A stretch of 63,431 nt of DNA, the filler included, from Chiloscyllium plagiosum (lineage: Eukaryota), in the NCBI RefSeq assembly GCF_004010195.1. It is 6 parts of one record of this genome, joined end to end, with 100 filler letters (N's around TTAATTAATTAA, not from the genome) between each part and the next. Parts side by side here need not be neighbours in the genome. Positions count along the whole stretch, not along the records: positions 44,923 to 53,640 come from NC_057710.1; positions 53,741 to 57,883 come from NC_057710.1; positions 57,984 to 62,325 come from NC_057710.1; positions 62,426 to 63,431 come from NC_057710.1; 2 more parts are not named here. One strand, written 5' to 3'. Under the pieces are notes generated by a model. It worked only from the letters and a program-made list of their open reading frames with translations. It was not told the DNA's origin and did no database searches. Positions 51,145-63,431 of the stretch are shown in pieces; the first letter of the stretch is position 1; each line of letters starts with the position of its first letter. The position numbers and the translations under genes were made by a program.

Positions 51145-52339
51145 GTAGAGCAAGGGTTGGGTTTGGGTTTGGATTTGGATTTGGCTTGCCTGACACACAT
51201 CTCCAGAATCCAGAAAACTTGCAGACCACCTAAAACCGCCACAAACACATTCGATTAAAGGTTAACAAATTGTTCACAGAATCACAGAACTGTCCAAGCC
51301 ATTGAACCCATCGTGTTTGTATCGCCTCTCTAAGTGAGGAGGCTATCAGTTTCCATGTGCCTCCATTCTGACCATAACACTGCTCAATCTTCCTCTTCAG
51401 CTAAAATCACCAAGTCCTCTCAAGTAGATTCCACATCCTACAGATCCTAATCTGAGGGAGCAATGGGGAATGTCACTGGGCGAGTAACCCAGAAAATAGA
51501 TACTCTGCATCTAATGCACAGATGAAATTTAAAGTCAATTGATCAAAGATGAAATTAGAATTCAGTCCCAATAAGTGTTCATTAAATTATTATCAAATCT
51601 AAAATACTGACAATATCCAATAATGTGGGAAATTGCATAAAAAGCAGGACAGATCCAACCTGGTTGGTTACTGCCCAATCAGTCTACTCTCCATCATCAG
51701 TAAAGTGATGGAAGGGGTCAGTAACAGAGCTACCAAGCAGCACCTGCTCAGTGACACCCAGTTTGGGTCCCCCCAGGGTCACTCAGCTCCTGACCTCATT
51801 ACAGCCTTGGGTCAAACATGGACAAAAGAGCTGGATTCCAGAGGGGAGGGGAGGGGAGAGGGACAGCCCTGACATCGAGGCTGTATCCGACTGAGTGTGA
51901 CATCAAGGAGCCCGGGCAAAACTGGACTCAGTGGGTATCAGGGGCAAACACTCCCCTGGTTAGAGTCAAACCTGGCACAGAGGAAGGTGGTTGTGGTTGT
52001 GGAGGGTCAGTCATCTCAGCTCCAGGACATCTCTGCAGGGGTTCTTCAGGGGAGTGTCCGAGGCCCAACCATCTTCAGCTGCTTCATCAATGACCCTCCC
52101 TCCACCACAAGGTCAGACGTGGGGAATGGTCACCGGTGAGTATACAGTGTTCAGCACCATTCACCACTCCTCAGATATTCAAGCAGACCATGTTCAAATA
52201 CAACAAGATCTGGACAGTAACCAGACAGTTAACCGTGGGCTGACAAGAGACAAGTAACATTCGTGCCACACTAACGACAGGCTATGACACATAGCTGACA
52301 GACAAACCACCTCTTGATATTCAATGGTATTACCATCAC

Positions 52340-52739
52340 GAACGGCACGACCAGCTATCCTTAGTAGCCACACACTCAGATGACAAGCGACATGAGTTCG
52401 ACCAGGACAACACTACTATTATAGGACAAGCCAAACAGAGAACAGCCAGGGAATTCCTAGAGGCATGGCACTCATCCACAGACTCTATCAACAAACACAT
52501 CGACCTGGACCCAATACACCTGCCATTGCAGCGGACAGCTGAAACTGACAACCGGAAGCGGCAGATTCAATCCACTACAAATGGCGGAGGAAAGATCACA
52601 GAAGCGCTTCACAGGAGGCTCCCAAGCACTGAGGATGTCACCTAGACAGGGGGCGAAACATCTGCAACACAAATTCCCAGCTCGGCGAACAGAACCACAA
52701 CAACGAGCACCCGACCTACAAATCTTCTCACAAACTTTG
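52340..52739 (+). mobile_element. Penelope (Poseidon-type) 3' fragment with target-site duplication
   Basis: SLVATHSDDKRHEFD..REFLEAWHS..SINKHIDLDPI. Flanked by ACCATCAC at 52332-52339 and 52740-52747. Confidence 0.85.
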
Positions 52740-55016
52740 ACCATCACTGAATCTCTCACTATCAACATCATGGGTCTGTCCTGAGAATGGAATGCTCTGT
52801 TGGTAAGTTTTCAGATGACACAAAGATAGTTGGAGGGACAGGTTGTGTTGAGGAAATGGGAAGCTGCAAGAGGACTTGGAGAGGGAAGAGGCAAATAAGT
52901 GCCAGATGGAATATAATGTGGGAAAGTGTGAGGTAATAGACTTTGGTCAGAAGAATAGAGGCGTTGACTGTTTTTGTAATGAGGAAAGGACTAAGAAATC
53001 TCAAGGACAAAGGGAGTTAGGGAATCCCAGATCAGATTCTCTTCAGGTTAACATGCAGTTAGGAAGGCAAATGCAATATTAGTATTCATTTCAAGTGGGC
53101 TAGAATACTAGAGTAGAGATGTACTGCTGAGGCTGTTTAAGGCTCTGGTCAGATCATATTCGGAATATTGCGAGCAGTTTTGAGCTGTATCTAAGGAAGG
53201 ATGTGCTGGACTCTGAGAGGGTCCAGAGAAAGTTTACAAGAATGACAATCCTCTCCTCTCCTCTCCCCATCCCCTAGATGCTCCTTCACCCAGCTCCAAC
53301 ACTCTCCCTACACTTGGACCCCTCTCTCCGGCCTCAGATCCCACCCTGACTTTGTTATTAAGCTGATAAGGGTGGTGCTGTTGTAGTCTGGTGTACTGAC
53401 TGACAGGAACTGAACACCAGCTCTCAGATACCCTCCTCCTATCTCCCCCTGGAGCATGACCCCACTATGGCACATCAGGCCATTGTGATCCACTAAACCT
53501 GCAATTCCCCATCAGCTTCACAATGTCCAGTGAGTCGGCTGAAGGCATCTCCTCTTCCCCATCCCCCACCAGGACGGTCTCAGGGCTCTCCATGTCTTCC
53601 TGAAACAAAGACCCGAACTGTCCTCACCCCCACCCCCACCNNNNNNNNNNNNNNNNNNNNNNNNNNNNNNNNNNNNNNNNNNNNTTAATTAATTAANNNN
53701 NNNNNNNNNNNNNNNNNNNNNNNNNNNNNNNNNNNNNNNNTACCTCTTATTATATAATCCCTCCATTTCCAACATCAGCCGAGTGAACCTTCTCTGGCCT
53801 GCCTCTGATACAAGAATATATTTCCTTCGGGTACACACACTGTTCAAAATATTCTAGGTGTAGTCTGACTTGTATCTTGCATCGTTTTAGTAAGACCTCC
53901 CTATATTTAGACTCCAGTCCCTTTGTAATAAATGGCAGCATTTGATTTGCCTTCTCTATTACTTGATGACCCTGTAAGCTACTTTTTTTCAGATTGATAA
54001 ACAAGAACTCCCACAACCCTTTATGTTTCCAGTCTAAAAACAAATACTGTTAGCCTGACAGTAAGTCAGGACCATGCTGAAATGAGTAAGAAACGACATA
54101 TCAATAAAAAAAAATAACTGGATCCTTAGAAACACATTTTATAAAAGAGAATTTGTTTTTGGGCCTGTTGGATTTATTTGTTGGGGTGAATATAAATGGC
54201 AGAATAGGGTGGGGTGTTGGGGGGGGGGGGGTGTTGGGGGTTAGTCTGAGCCATTGCTTACCTTCTGCTGTTGTTTGTTCTGTTGCCTGTTGGAGCGTCG
54301 CCCGAAGCAGGTGATGGAGCAAACCAGGAGAGAAACAAAACATCTTACTGAGCAGAACCGAGACAAACACCTCACCCTGAAGGTGAACACTTACACATCG
54401 CCCCATCAGCAACACCTCAGACCACAATCCAAACCCAATGGTTTTAGTAAATACCGATGAATAATTGGGAAAGACCGATATCCCTTATTGCTGCTGCTGC
54501 TGTTTTCTGTATCCCAGGATTGCCCTGCCCTGCCCTGCCCGAGCCCAGCTGATGATTGGTGGTTTCAGGGGTGGGGAGCACGCGGGCTAACAGTGGGAGG
54601 AAATGCTAACAGCTGCTTCTCTGTAAATGCTGCCGGACAGGCCAAGATGTGTCAGCATCCATGAGCTCGCCCCATAGCCTCTGCTAAAGGCTACGGTCAT
54701 GAATCCTGGCTGGTCAATCCAGGGGGAGGGCAAGGAATCTTCAGGACAGGTAGGGAGGGATGTGGAAGAGGAAATGGTGTCACGATATTGATCCAGCAGT
54801 CAGTTACCATGTTAGGAATCTCAGCATTGTTACAGCACAGGAGAACACCATTCAGCCCATCATCCCAGCACCAGCTCTTCCAAAAGTATCAAAAGTATAA
54901 TTTCCCACTTTCTCCCATAACCTTGCACATTATTGTTTTGACCCCGAACGTCTCAGTTGAAGCTGCCTCCTCCACATTTCCAGGCAGTGTATTCCAGAAG
55001 CTAACCTCTTGCTTAA

Positions 55017-55302
55017 GGGCGGCACGGTGGCACAGTGGTTAGCACTGCTGCCTCACAGCGCCAGAGACCCGGGTTCAATTCCCGCCTCAGGCGACTGACT
55101 GTGTGGAGTTTGCACGTTCTCCCCGTGTCTGCGTGGGCACCCTCCGGGTGCTCCGGTTTCTTCCCATGCTAAATTGCCCGTAGTGTTAAGTGAAGGGGTA
55201 AATGTAGGGGTATGGGTATGGGTGGGTTACTCTTTGGCGGGTCGGTGTGGACTTGTTGGGCCGAAGGGCCTGTTTCCACACTGTAAGTAATCTAATCTAA
55301 TC
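55017..55302 (+). mobile_element. tRNA-derived HE1/V-SINE, near full length
   Basis: Pol III A box TGGCACAGTGG and B box GGTTCAATTCC; V-domain GTGTGGAGTTTGCACGTTCTCCCCGTG; CR1-shared tail GGGCCGAAGGGCCTGTTTCC with TAATC repeats. Confidence 0.92.
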
Positions 55303-55609
55303 TCTATGAAAAGGTTTTTCTCATATTACTATAAATCTGTTATCGATCCCTCCTGATAATTTTCCAAGTGGGAACAGCTTCTCCTTATCTACTGACAATT
55401 TGGAAAATCTTTCTGATCTGCTCCAGCCCCAACGACTTCAATCTATCCTGAGGAACTTGTCTTTACATTTCTCACGTATTTTAAACTGAACTGAAATGAG
55501 GATCAAGCCAGGGGTTGCTGGAGGATTGCTGCATGTTTTGACAGCATGTACCTGACCCTCATTGTAAGCACTGTTTACACAGCTGCTGGCTTGCAGCAGT
55601 GCTGACATT

Positions 55610-56185
55610 GTGATGGTTCTGGATGTAGGTTTGCTCACTGAGCTGGAAGGTTCATTTTCAGATGTTTCATTACTGGGTAACATCATCAGTGAGCCTCCAG
55701 GCAAAGCACTGGTGGTATAGCACACTTTCTATTTATGTGTTTGGGCTTCCTTTGGTTGGTGATGTCATTTCCTGTGGTGACGTACTTTCCTGTTCTTTTT
55801 CTCAGGGGGTGGTAGGTGGGGTCTAACTCAATGTTTTTGTTGATAGAGTTCCAGTTGGAATGCGCCGCTTCTAGGAATTCTCAATGGACGTGTTGTCCTT
55901 CCTCATCTGTATGTATGTTCATCCTCAGCAATAAACGCCAACGCACAGACAAAACACACCCAGAAACCCGAGCCACTCTCCCCTACATCAAAGACATCTC
56001 GGAAATGACTGCCAGACCACTCAGACCCCTTGGCATCATGGTAACCCACAAACCCACCAACACACTGAAACAGCAGCTAATGAACTTGAAAGACCCCATA
56101 CAGACAACAAGCAAAACTAATGTCATTTAAAAAATACCGTGCAAGGACTGTAACAAACACGACATTGGACAAACAGGCAGAAAAC
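55610..56185. mobile_element. Penelope (Poseidon-type): inverted 3' piece plus GIY-YIG fragment
   Basis: Plus strand reads TLPYIKDISE..KPTNTLKQQL..KDP..NVI*KIPCKDCNKHDIGQTGR. The minus-strand pLTR carries a hammerhead motif. Confidence 0.85.
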
Positions 56186-57592
56186 CCGGTACCACAGGAA
56201 TCCACACCCGGTACCACAGGAATCCACACCCGGTGCCTCAGGAATCCACACCCGGTGCCTCAGGAATCCACACCCGGTGCCTCAGGAATCCACACCCAGC
56301 GCCTCAGGAATCCACACCCAGTGCCACAGGAATCCACACCCGGTGCCACAGGAATCCACACCCGGTGCCACAGGAATCCACACCCGGTGCCACAGGAAAC
56401 CACACCCAGTGCCACAGGAATCCACACCCAGCGCCTCAGGAAACCACACCCAGCGCCACAGGAATCCACACCCAGTGCCTCAGGAAACCACACCCAGTGC
56501 CTCAGGAAACCACACCCAGTGCCACAGGAATCCACACCCGGTGCCACAGGAATCCACACCCAGTGCCACAGGAAACCACACCCAGTGCCACAGGAATCCA
56601 CACCCAGCGCCACAGGAAACCACACCCAGTGCCTCCTGAATCCACACCCAGTGCCTCAGGAAACCACACCCAGCGCCACAGGAATCCACACCCAGTGCCT
56701 CACCACACCCAGCGCCACAGGAATCCACACCCAGTGCCTCAAGAATCCACACCCAGTGCCTCAGGAAACCACACCCAGCGCCACAGGAATCCACACCCAG
56801 TGCCTCAGGAATCCACACCCAGTGCCTCAGGAATCCACACCCAGTGCCACAGGAATCCACACCGTGCCTCAGGAATCCACACCCAGTGCCACAGGAAACC
56901 ACACCCAGTGCCTCAGGAATCCACACCCAGTGCCTCAGGAAACCACACCCAGCGCCTCAGGAATGCACACCCAGCGCCACAGGAAACCACACCCAGTGCC
57001 TCAGGAATCCACACCCAGTGCCTCAGGAATCCACACCCAGTGCCACAGGAATCCACACCGTGCCTCAGGAATCCACACCCAGTGCCACAGGAAACCACAC
57101 CCAGTGCCTCAGGAATCCACACCCAGTGCCTCAGGAAACCACACCCAGCGCCTCAGGAATCCACACCCAGCGCCACAGGAAACCACACCCAGTGCCTCAG
57201 GAATCCACACCCAGTGCCTCAGGAAACCACACCCAGCGCCACAGGAATCCACACCCAGCGCCACAGGAATCCACACCCAGTGCCACAGGAATCCACACCC
57301 AGTGCCACAGGAATCCACACCCAGTGCCACAGGAAACCACACCCAGTGCCACAGGAAACCACACCCAGTGCCTCAGGAATCCACACCCAGTGCCTCAGGA
57401 CTCCACACCCAGTGCCACAGGAATCCACACCCAGTGCCTCAGGAATCCACACCCAGCGCCTCAGGAATCCACACCCAGCGCCTCAGGAAACCACACCCAG
57501 CGCCTCAGGAAACCACACCCAGCGCCACAGGAAACCACACCCAGTGCCACAGGAAACCACACCCAGTGCCACAGGAAACCACACCCAGTGCC
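56185..57592. repeat. 22-bp minisatellite (~64 copies)
   Basis: Unit CCCAGTGCCWCAGGAAWCCACA with interspersed variants. Free of stops in the + frames. Confidence 0.95.
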
Positions 57593-57729
57593 TGCTGTAA
57601 GCCAGGGCAAGCATTCAGAGCTGGAAGGATCAAGAATCGGTGTTTGTTCCGAACAGGAATCATTTCAGCAAGCCCTGGGAAAAGCGTTCCCTCCACCCAC
57701 ACCATGTTATGTCTATTGTGTTGGTGCTG

Positions 57730-57883
57730 TCAGGGTGGGTGTGTCTGTGTCGGGGGGGGAATCGCTCTCTCAGGCTGCCGCAATGGGTGGGTGTGTCTGT
57801 GTGGGGGAGTCTCTCTCTCTCTCAGGCTGCAGCAATGGGTGGGTGTGTCTGTGTGGGGGAATCTCTCTCTCTCTCTCAGGCTG
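57730..57883. repeat. ~55-bp tandem repeat running into a gap
   Basis: CAGGCTGC.GCAATGGGTGGGTGTGTCTGTGTGGGGGA.TCTCTCTCT, about 3 copies. Confidence 0.8.
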
Positions 57884-58196
57884 NNNNNNNNNNNNNNNNN
57901 NNNNNNNNNNNNNNNNNNNNNNNNNNNTTAATTAATTAANNNNNNNNNNNNNNNNNNNNNNNNNNNNNNNNNNNNNNNNNNNNTATCTCTCCACGCTTCA
58001 GGCTCTCTGCCTTTATTCCTGATGAAGGGCTTTTGCCCGAAACATCGATTTCGAAGCTCCTTGGATGCTGCCTGAACTGCTGTGCTCTTCCAGCATCACT
58101 AATCCAGAATCTGGTTTCCAGCATCTGCAGTCATTGTTTTTACCTCTAGTGTATCCTGCCCTGTTAGAATTTCAATCAGATCCCCTCTCAACATCT

Positions 58197-58565
58197 GGTG
58201 GCGTGGTGGCTCAGTGGTTAGCATTGCTGACTCTCAGAGCTAGGGACCCAGGGTTGATTTCACCCTCAGGTGACTGTCTGTGAGGAGTTTGCGCATTCTC
58301 CCCATGTCTGTGTGGGTTTCCTTCAGGGAATCTAGGGAATCTAATCTAAAAAATCCCCTGGTTTTCTCCCACAGTCCGAAGATGTATACGTTAGATGGGT
58401 TGGCCATAATAAATTGCCCACAGTGCCTAGGGATGTCCAGGTTAGGTGGGTTAGCCATGGGAAATGTAGGGTTAAGGGGTTAGGGTGTTGGTGGGAACTT
58501 TTCAGAAGGTTGGTGTGGACTTGATGGACAGAATGGCCTACATCCACACTTTCGGGATTCTATGA
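58197..58565 (+). mobile_element. HE1/V-SINE
   Basis: A box TGGCTCAGTGG, V-domain and tail. Confidence 0.85.
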
Positions 58566-60169
58566 TTAATGAAGTTTGGTATTTATTGGTCAGTAAAGAC
58601 CGAATGGGCAAAGTAGTCATTTTCTATGCTGTATGATTGTTTTCAGCCTCTCCAGCCTGATCTATCATTTAAGAATCAAGACACATTGTTCTGTTCCAAA
58701 CCCAACATCATCCACTGATCATGTTTAGGTGCTCATGGAATGTGCTGAATGCTGTAGCCTTATCTTTTGCACTGATGTGCTGGGCTCTTCCATTATTGAG
58801 GATGGAAATATTTGTAGCCTCCTCCCCCAGTGAGTTCTTTAATTGTCCCCCACCATTTGCGATCTGATCCATTGATTGTAGGGTCATGTAGCTCCATCTA
58901 TTACATGCTATGTCTTCTGTTTGACATGCAAGTAGTCCTGTTTGGTAGCTTCACCAGATTGGCACCTCATTTTTAGGTATGCCTGATGCTGCTCCTGGCA
59001 TGCCCTCCTGCACTCTCCATTGATCTACGGTTGATCCCCTGACTTGGTTGTCATGGTTGAGTGGTGGATATGCCAGGCCATGAGGTTACAGATTATGCTG
59101 GAGTACAATTCTGCTGCTGTTGATGGCCTACAGCGCCTCATGGATGCCCAGTCTTGAGTTTCTGTTTCTATTCATAAAATGTCACATTTAGCACGGTGAT
59201 AGTGCCACACAACGCAATGATGTTTTGAGTGGGGATGACTCTGTGGTAGACACACCAACCCACATTGTCAAGGACAGATGCATTTGAGACAGGTCAATGC
59301 ATAATTATACAACAAGGTCTAACCTGTTTCCTCACCACATGCCAGAGAAACAAAAGACACAAGAGCACGAAGAGGCCATACAGCTCGTCAAGCCTGCTCC
59401 ACCNNNNNNNNNNNNNNNNNNNNNNNNNNNNNNNNNNNNNNNNNNNNNNNNNNNNNNNNNNNNNNNNNNNNNNNNNNNNNNNNNNNNNNNNNNNNNNNNN
59501 NNNNNNNNNNNNNNNNNNNNNNNNNNNNNNNNNNNNNNNNNNNNNNNNNNNNNNNNNNNNNNNNNNNNNNNNNNNNNNNNNNNNNNNNNNNNNNNNNNNN
59601 NNNNNNNNNNNNNNNNNNNNNNNNNNNNNNNNNNNNNNNNNNNNNNNNNNNNNNNNNNNNNNNNNNNNNNNNNNNNNNNNNNNNNNNNNNNNNNNNNNNN
59701 NNNNNNNNNNNNNNNNNNNNNNNNNNNNNNNNNNNNNNNNNNNNNNNNNNNNNNNNNNNNNNNNNNNNNNNNNNNNNNNNNNNNNNNNNNNNNNNNNNNN
59801 NNNNNNNNNNNNNNNNNNNNNNNNNNNNNNNNNNNNNNNNNNNNNNNNNNNNNNNNNNNNNNNNNNNNNNNNNNNNNNNNNNNNNNNNNNNNNNNNNNNN
59901 NNNTCCCATTTTTATTTCACTGTTTTACCTACCAGGATGCATTTATAACCAACGCGCTCCAGTTCAATGTTAAGATCATGAAAATCTGCCCTTTTCCAAT
60001 CTGGGATCTTAATCATTGACTGATTTGTGTCAATTTCCAAATTCATACTGAACCTGATTATGTTATGATTACTATTTCCCAAATGCTCCCTCACTCAGAC
60101 GTTCTCCAATTGGCCTGCTTGATTCAGAACAGATTCAGCACAGCCTCCTTCCTGGTAGGACTGGAATTA

Positions 60170-62024
60170 GATTATAGAACAGTATAGGGCTTTCAGCCCT
60201 CAATGTTGTGCTGGCCTTTTATCCTACTTTAAGATCAGACTAACTTACATACCTTACATTTTACTATGGTCCATGTGCCTATCCAAGAGTCGCTTAAATG
60301 CCCCGAATGTATCTGACCGTACTACCACTGCTGGCAGTGTATTCCACGCACCCATGACTCTCTGCATAAAGAACCGACCTGTGACATCTCCCCTAAATCT
60401 TCCTCCAACCACCTTAAAATTATGACCCCTTGTGATAGACATTTCCGCCATGGGAAAAAGTCTCTGGCCATCTACTCTATCTATGCCTCTCAACAGCTTG
60501 TACACCTCAATCAAGTCACCTTTCATCCTTCTTCGCTCTAATAAGAAAAGCCCTAGCTCTCTCAACCTTTCTTCAAAAGCCATGCCCTCCAGTCTAGGCA
60601 GCATTCTCGTAAATCTCCTCTGCACCCTCTCTGAAGCTTCCACATCCTTACTATAATGAGGTGACCAGAACTAGACATAATATTCCAAGTGTGGTCTAAC
60701 CAGGGCTTTATAGAACTGCAGCATAACCTTGCGATTCTTAAACTCAATTCTCCTGCTAATGAAAGTCAACACACTGTATGCCGTCTTCACAATCCTATCA
60801 ATTTGGGTGGCAACTTTGAGAGATCTATGGATGTTGACCCCAAGATCCCTCTATTCCTCCACACTGCCAAGAATCCTGCCTTTAACCCTGTAATCTGCAT
60901 TCAAATTGGACCTTCCAAAGAGTGAATTACTTCACATTTTTCCAGATTGAACTCCAGCTCTGTATCCTGTCAGTATCCCGTTGCAATCTACAACAGCCTT
61001 CCACACTACCCACAACACTACTTCGTGTCATTGGTAAACTTACTAAGCCACCCTTCCACTTCCTCATCTAAGTTATTTTTAAAAATCACAAAGAGCAAAG
61101 GTCTCAGAACAGATCCCTGCAGAACACCACTGGTCACCGACCTCCAGTGTGAATACTTTCCATCTACACTGTCTTCTGTGGGCCTGCCGATTCTATATAC
61201 AGACAAGCAAATTTCCCTGCATCCCATTCGTCCTTACTTTCTGAATGAACTTCTCAAAGGCCTTGCTAAAATGCATATATAACACATCCACTACTCTACC
61301 TTCATCAATGTGTTTTATTACATCCTCAAAAAATTCGATAAGGTTTGTGAGGCATGACCTGCTCACTATTTCTAATTAAACTGGGCTTTTTCAAATAATC
61401 ATAAACCCTGTCTCTCAGAATCCTCTCCAATAATTTGCCCACCACCGATGTAAAACTGATTGGCCTGTACTTCTCAGGGTTAACCCTATACCCTTTCTTG
61501 AACAAGAGAATAACATTTGCCACCCTCCAATCATCTGGCACCACTCCAGTGGACAGTGAGGTCGCAAAGATCCTTGCCAAAGGTGCAGCATTTTCACTCC
61601 TCACTTCCTGTTCTGACCTTGGGTATATCCCAACTGGTCCAGTGGACTTATCTATCCTTATGTTTTTCAAAGTTTTCAGCACATCCTCCTTAATATCAGG
61701 GAGAAAGTGAGGACTGCAGATGCTGGAGATCAGAGTCGAGAGTGTAGTGCTAGAAAAGGTCAGGCAGCATCCAAAGAGTGGGAGAATTGACATTTCTGGC
61801 ATAAACCCTTCTTCAGGAATTAGGCCTTATGCCCAAAATGTCGATTCTCCTGCTCCTCGGATCCTGCGCTTTTCTACCACTACACTCCCGACTCCTTCTT
61901 AACATCAAGCTATTTAAGCGTATCAGCCTGTTTCACACTGTCCTCATAAACGACAATATTTGTTAATGACCTCCCCTACCTCTGTAGCTCCAGACATAAA
62001 TTCCCTCCACTATCCCTGACCCCC
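60170..62024 (-). mobile_element. CR1 LINE ORF2 and 3' end
   Basis: YRPISFTSVVGKLLE, QGSVLRPLLF and [12 protein letters not shown]. Confidence 0.9.
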
Positions 62025-62325
62025 CTAGTCCAGGAACTCCCCACATACGTTCGAGACACCACCCACACCCTCCACCTCCTCCAAGACTTCCGTTTCCCTG
62101 GCCCCCAACGCCTCATCTTCACCATGGATATCCAATCCCTCTACACCTCCATCCGCCATGACCAGGGCCTCCAAGCCCTCCGTTTTTTCCTCTCCAGACG
62201 AGCCCAACAGTACCCTTCCACCGACACTCTCATTCGTTTGGCCGAACCGGTCCTCACCCTTAACAATTTCTCCTTCGAATCCTCCCACTTCCTCCAGACC
62301 AAAGGGGTAGCCATGGGCACACATA
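62025..62325 (+). mobile_element. Penelope-like reverse transcriptase fragment
   Basis: YVRDTT...IFTMDIQSLYTSI...LTLNNFSFESSHFLQTKGVAMGT. Confidence 0.9.
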
Positions 62326-63431
62326 NNNNNNNNNNNNNNNNNNNNNNNNNNNNNNNNNNNNNNNNNNNNTTAATTAATTAANNNNNNNNNNNNNNNNNNN
62401 NNNNNNNNNNNNNNNNNNNNNNNNNTTCTCTAATTTTACAGCGATTTAAATAATCATCTGTCTTCCTATATTTACTACCAATGTGTAAAGCCTTGCAATT
62501 TTCCGCAAAATGAGGCACCTACAATGCATTTTTCCAATCAGTCACTGCATTTACACCTGTGTGTGTATTTCTGGAGGAATGCATCTCCCTGTATGCGTGG
62601 AATTTGTATGAATGGATGCGGTCCTTCATGCCCATCATTGCGGGTTGGCATGTCTGTTCATAATTGTAAACATTTGTATCTGTCTAAAATTCGTATACGA
62701 CTATGTCGCCATGCATTGTGTACGTTATAGAAGTTTATAAAATCATGAGTAGTGTGCAAGGGTAACAAGTCATGATCGTTTTCCGAGTTTGGTGGTTCGA
62801 ATCTGCAGAGCATATGTTTAAAGTGAGTCTGTAAAAAGACCTGCACAGTAATTATCTCACACACAGGGTGATGGGTGTAAGGGACACGCTCAAACAGCAT
62901 GTTGTGGAGGCGTGCATAATTGGGTGCATGTCTCAAAAGAGTTGAGAAGGCTGTGGACAAAACGCTGTCTAATGGGAATAAGTCGGATTGAGATGTTTGA
63001 TTGGCGCTGATGAGTTCGCCCGAAGTGTCTTTTTCAATTCTGCATGACTCTGTGACTCTGTGTTTGTGTGTTCCTGTCTTTGTGTGTGCGCATGTGCGTC
63101 TTTCTGTCGGTGTGTGCGTCGATATATATGTGATTATATGCATCTTTGTGCTTGTGTTTTGTGAATGTTTATGTATGATTGAACACAATACATGTTCATG
63201 TCTGTGTGCATCTCTGTTTCTGCACGTCTGTGCATTGACTTTGCAGTTGTTTTTGGAATCAATCTTGAGAATAGTAGCAGTGTGTCTGTCTCTCTATGTC
63301 TCTATATCTATATCTCTCCCTTGTATTTAATGTCTTAGTGGTTGGTTTCGTTCAGTCGGCTGGATGGTTGGTTTGCGAAGCACTGTGGTTACAAAACCAA
63401 TTACCACTGAGGTTAGCATGAAGGTCTCTAC

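Noticed and set aside
55017..55090. tRNA gene
   Set aside because: It is the tRNA-derived head of a SINE that continues into the V-domain and CR1-type tail; many copies occur in the window.
56120..57935. 603-, 455- and 363-aa ORFs resembling a mucin or repeat protein
   Set aside because: All + frames are open only because the 22-bp unit lacks stops. The ORFs start inside a Penelope fragment and have no splice or domain support.

Overview
Repeat-rich vertebrate genomic DNA. The HE1-type V-SINEs and CR1/HER1-type LINEs point to an elasmobranch (shark). The window is a scaffold with three sized N-gaps and five artificial 100-nt N-TTAATTAATTAA-N spacers. Host genes on the + strand: (1) three exons of an ADAM12/19/33-like metalloprotease (cysteine-rich and EGF-like domains), followed by two duplicated 66-nt phase 1-1 exons encoding a Thr-rich mucin-like stalk; (2) after a spacer, two C-terminal exons of a RhoBTB1/2-type atypical Rho GTPase. 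A decayed fish-type (epsilon/ZFERV-like) endogenous retrovirus lies antisense between the ADAM EGF exon and the mucin exons (gag, integrase, env, tandem-repeat leader). The remainder is CR1 LINE fragments, tRNA-derived SINEs, several Penelope-like element families carrying minimal hammerhead-ribozyme motifs, and tandem arrays with 11/33-, 22-, 44- and ~65-bp units. Most ORFs in the supplied track are TE fragments or stop-free tandem repeats. Family assignments come from recognised motifs, not from database searches, and TE boundaries are approximate.
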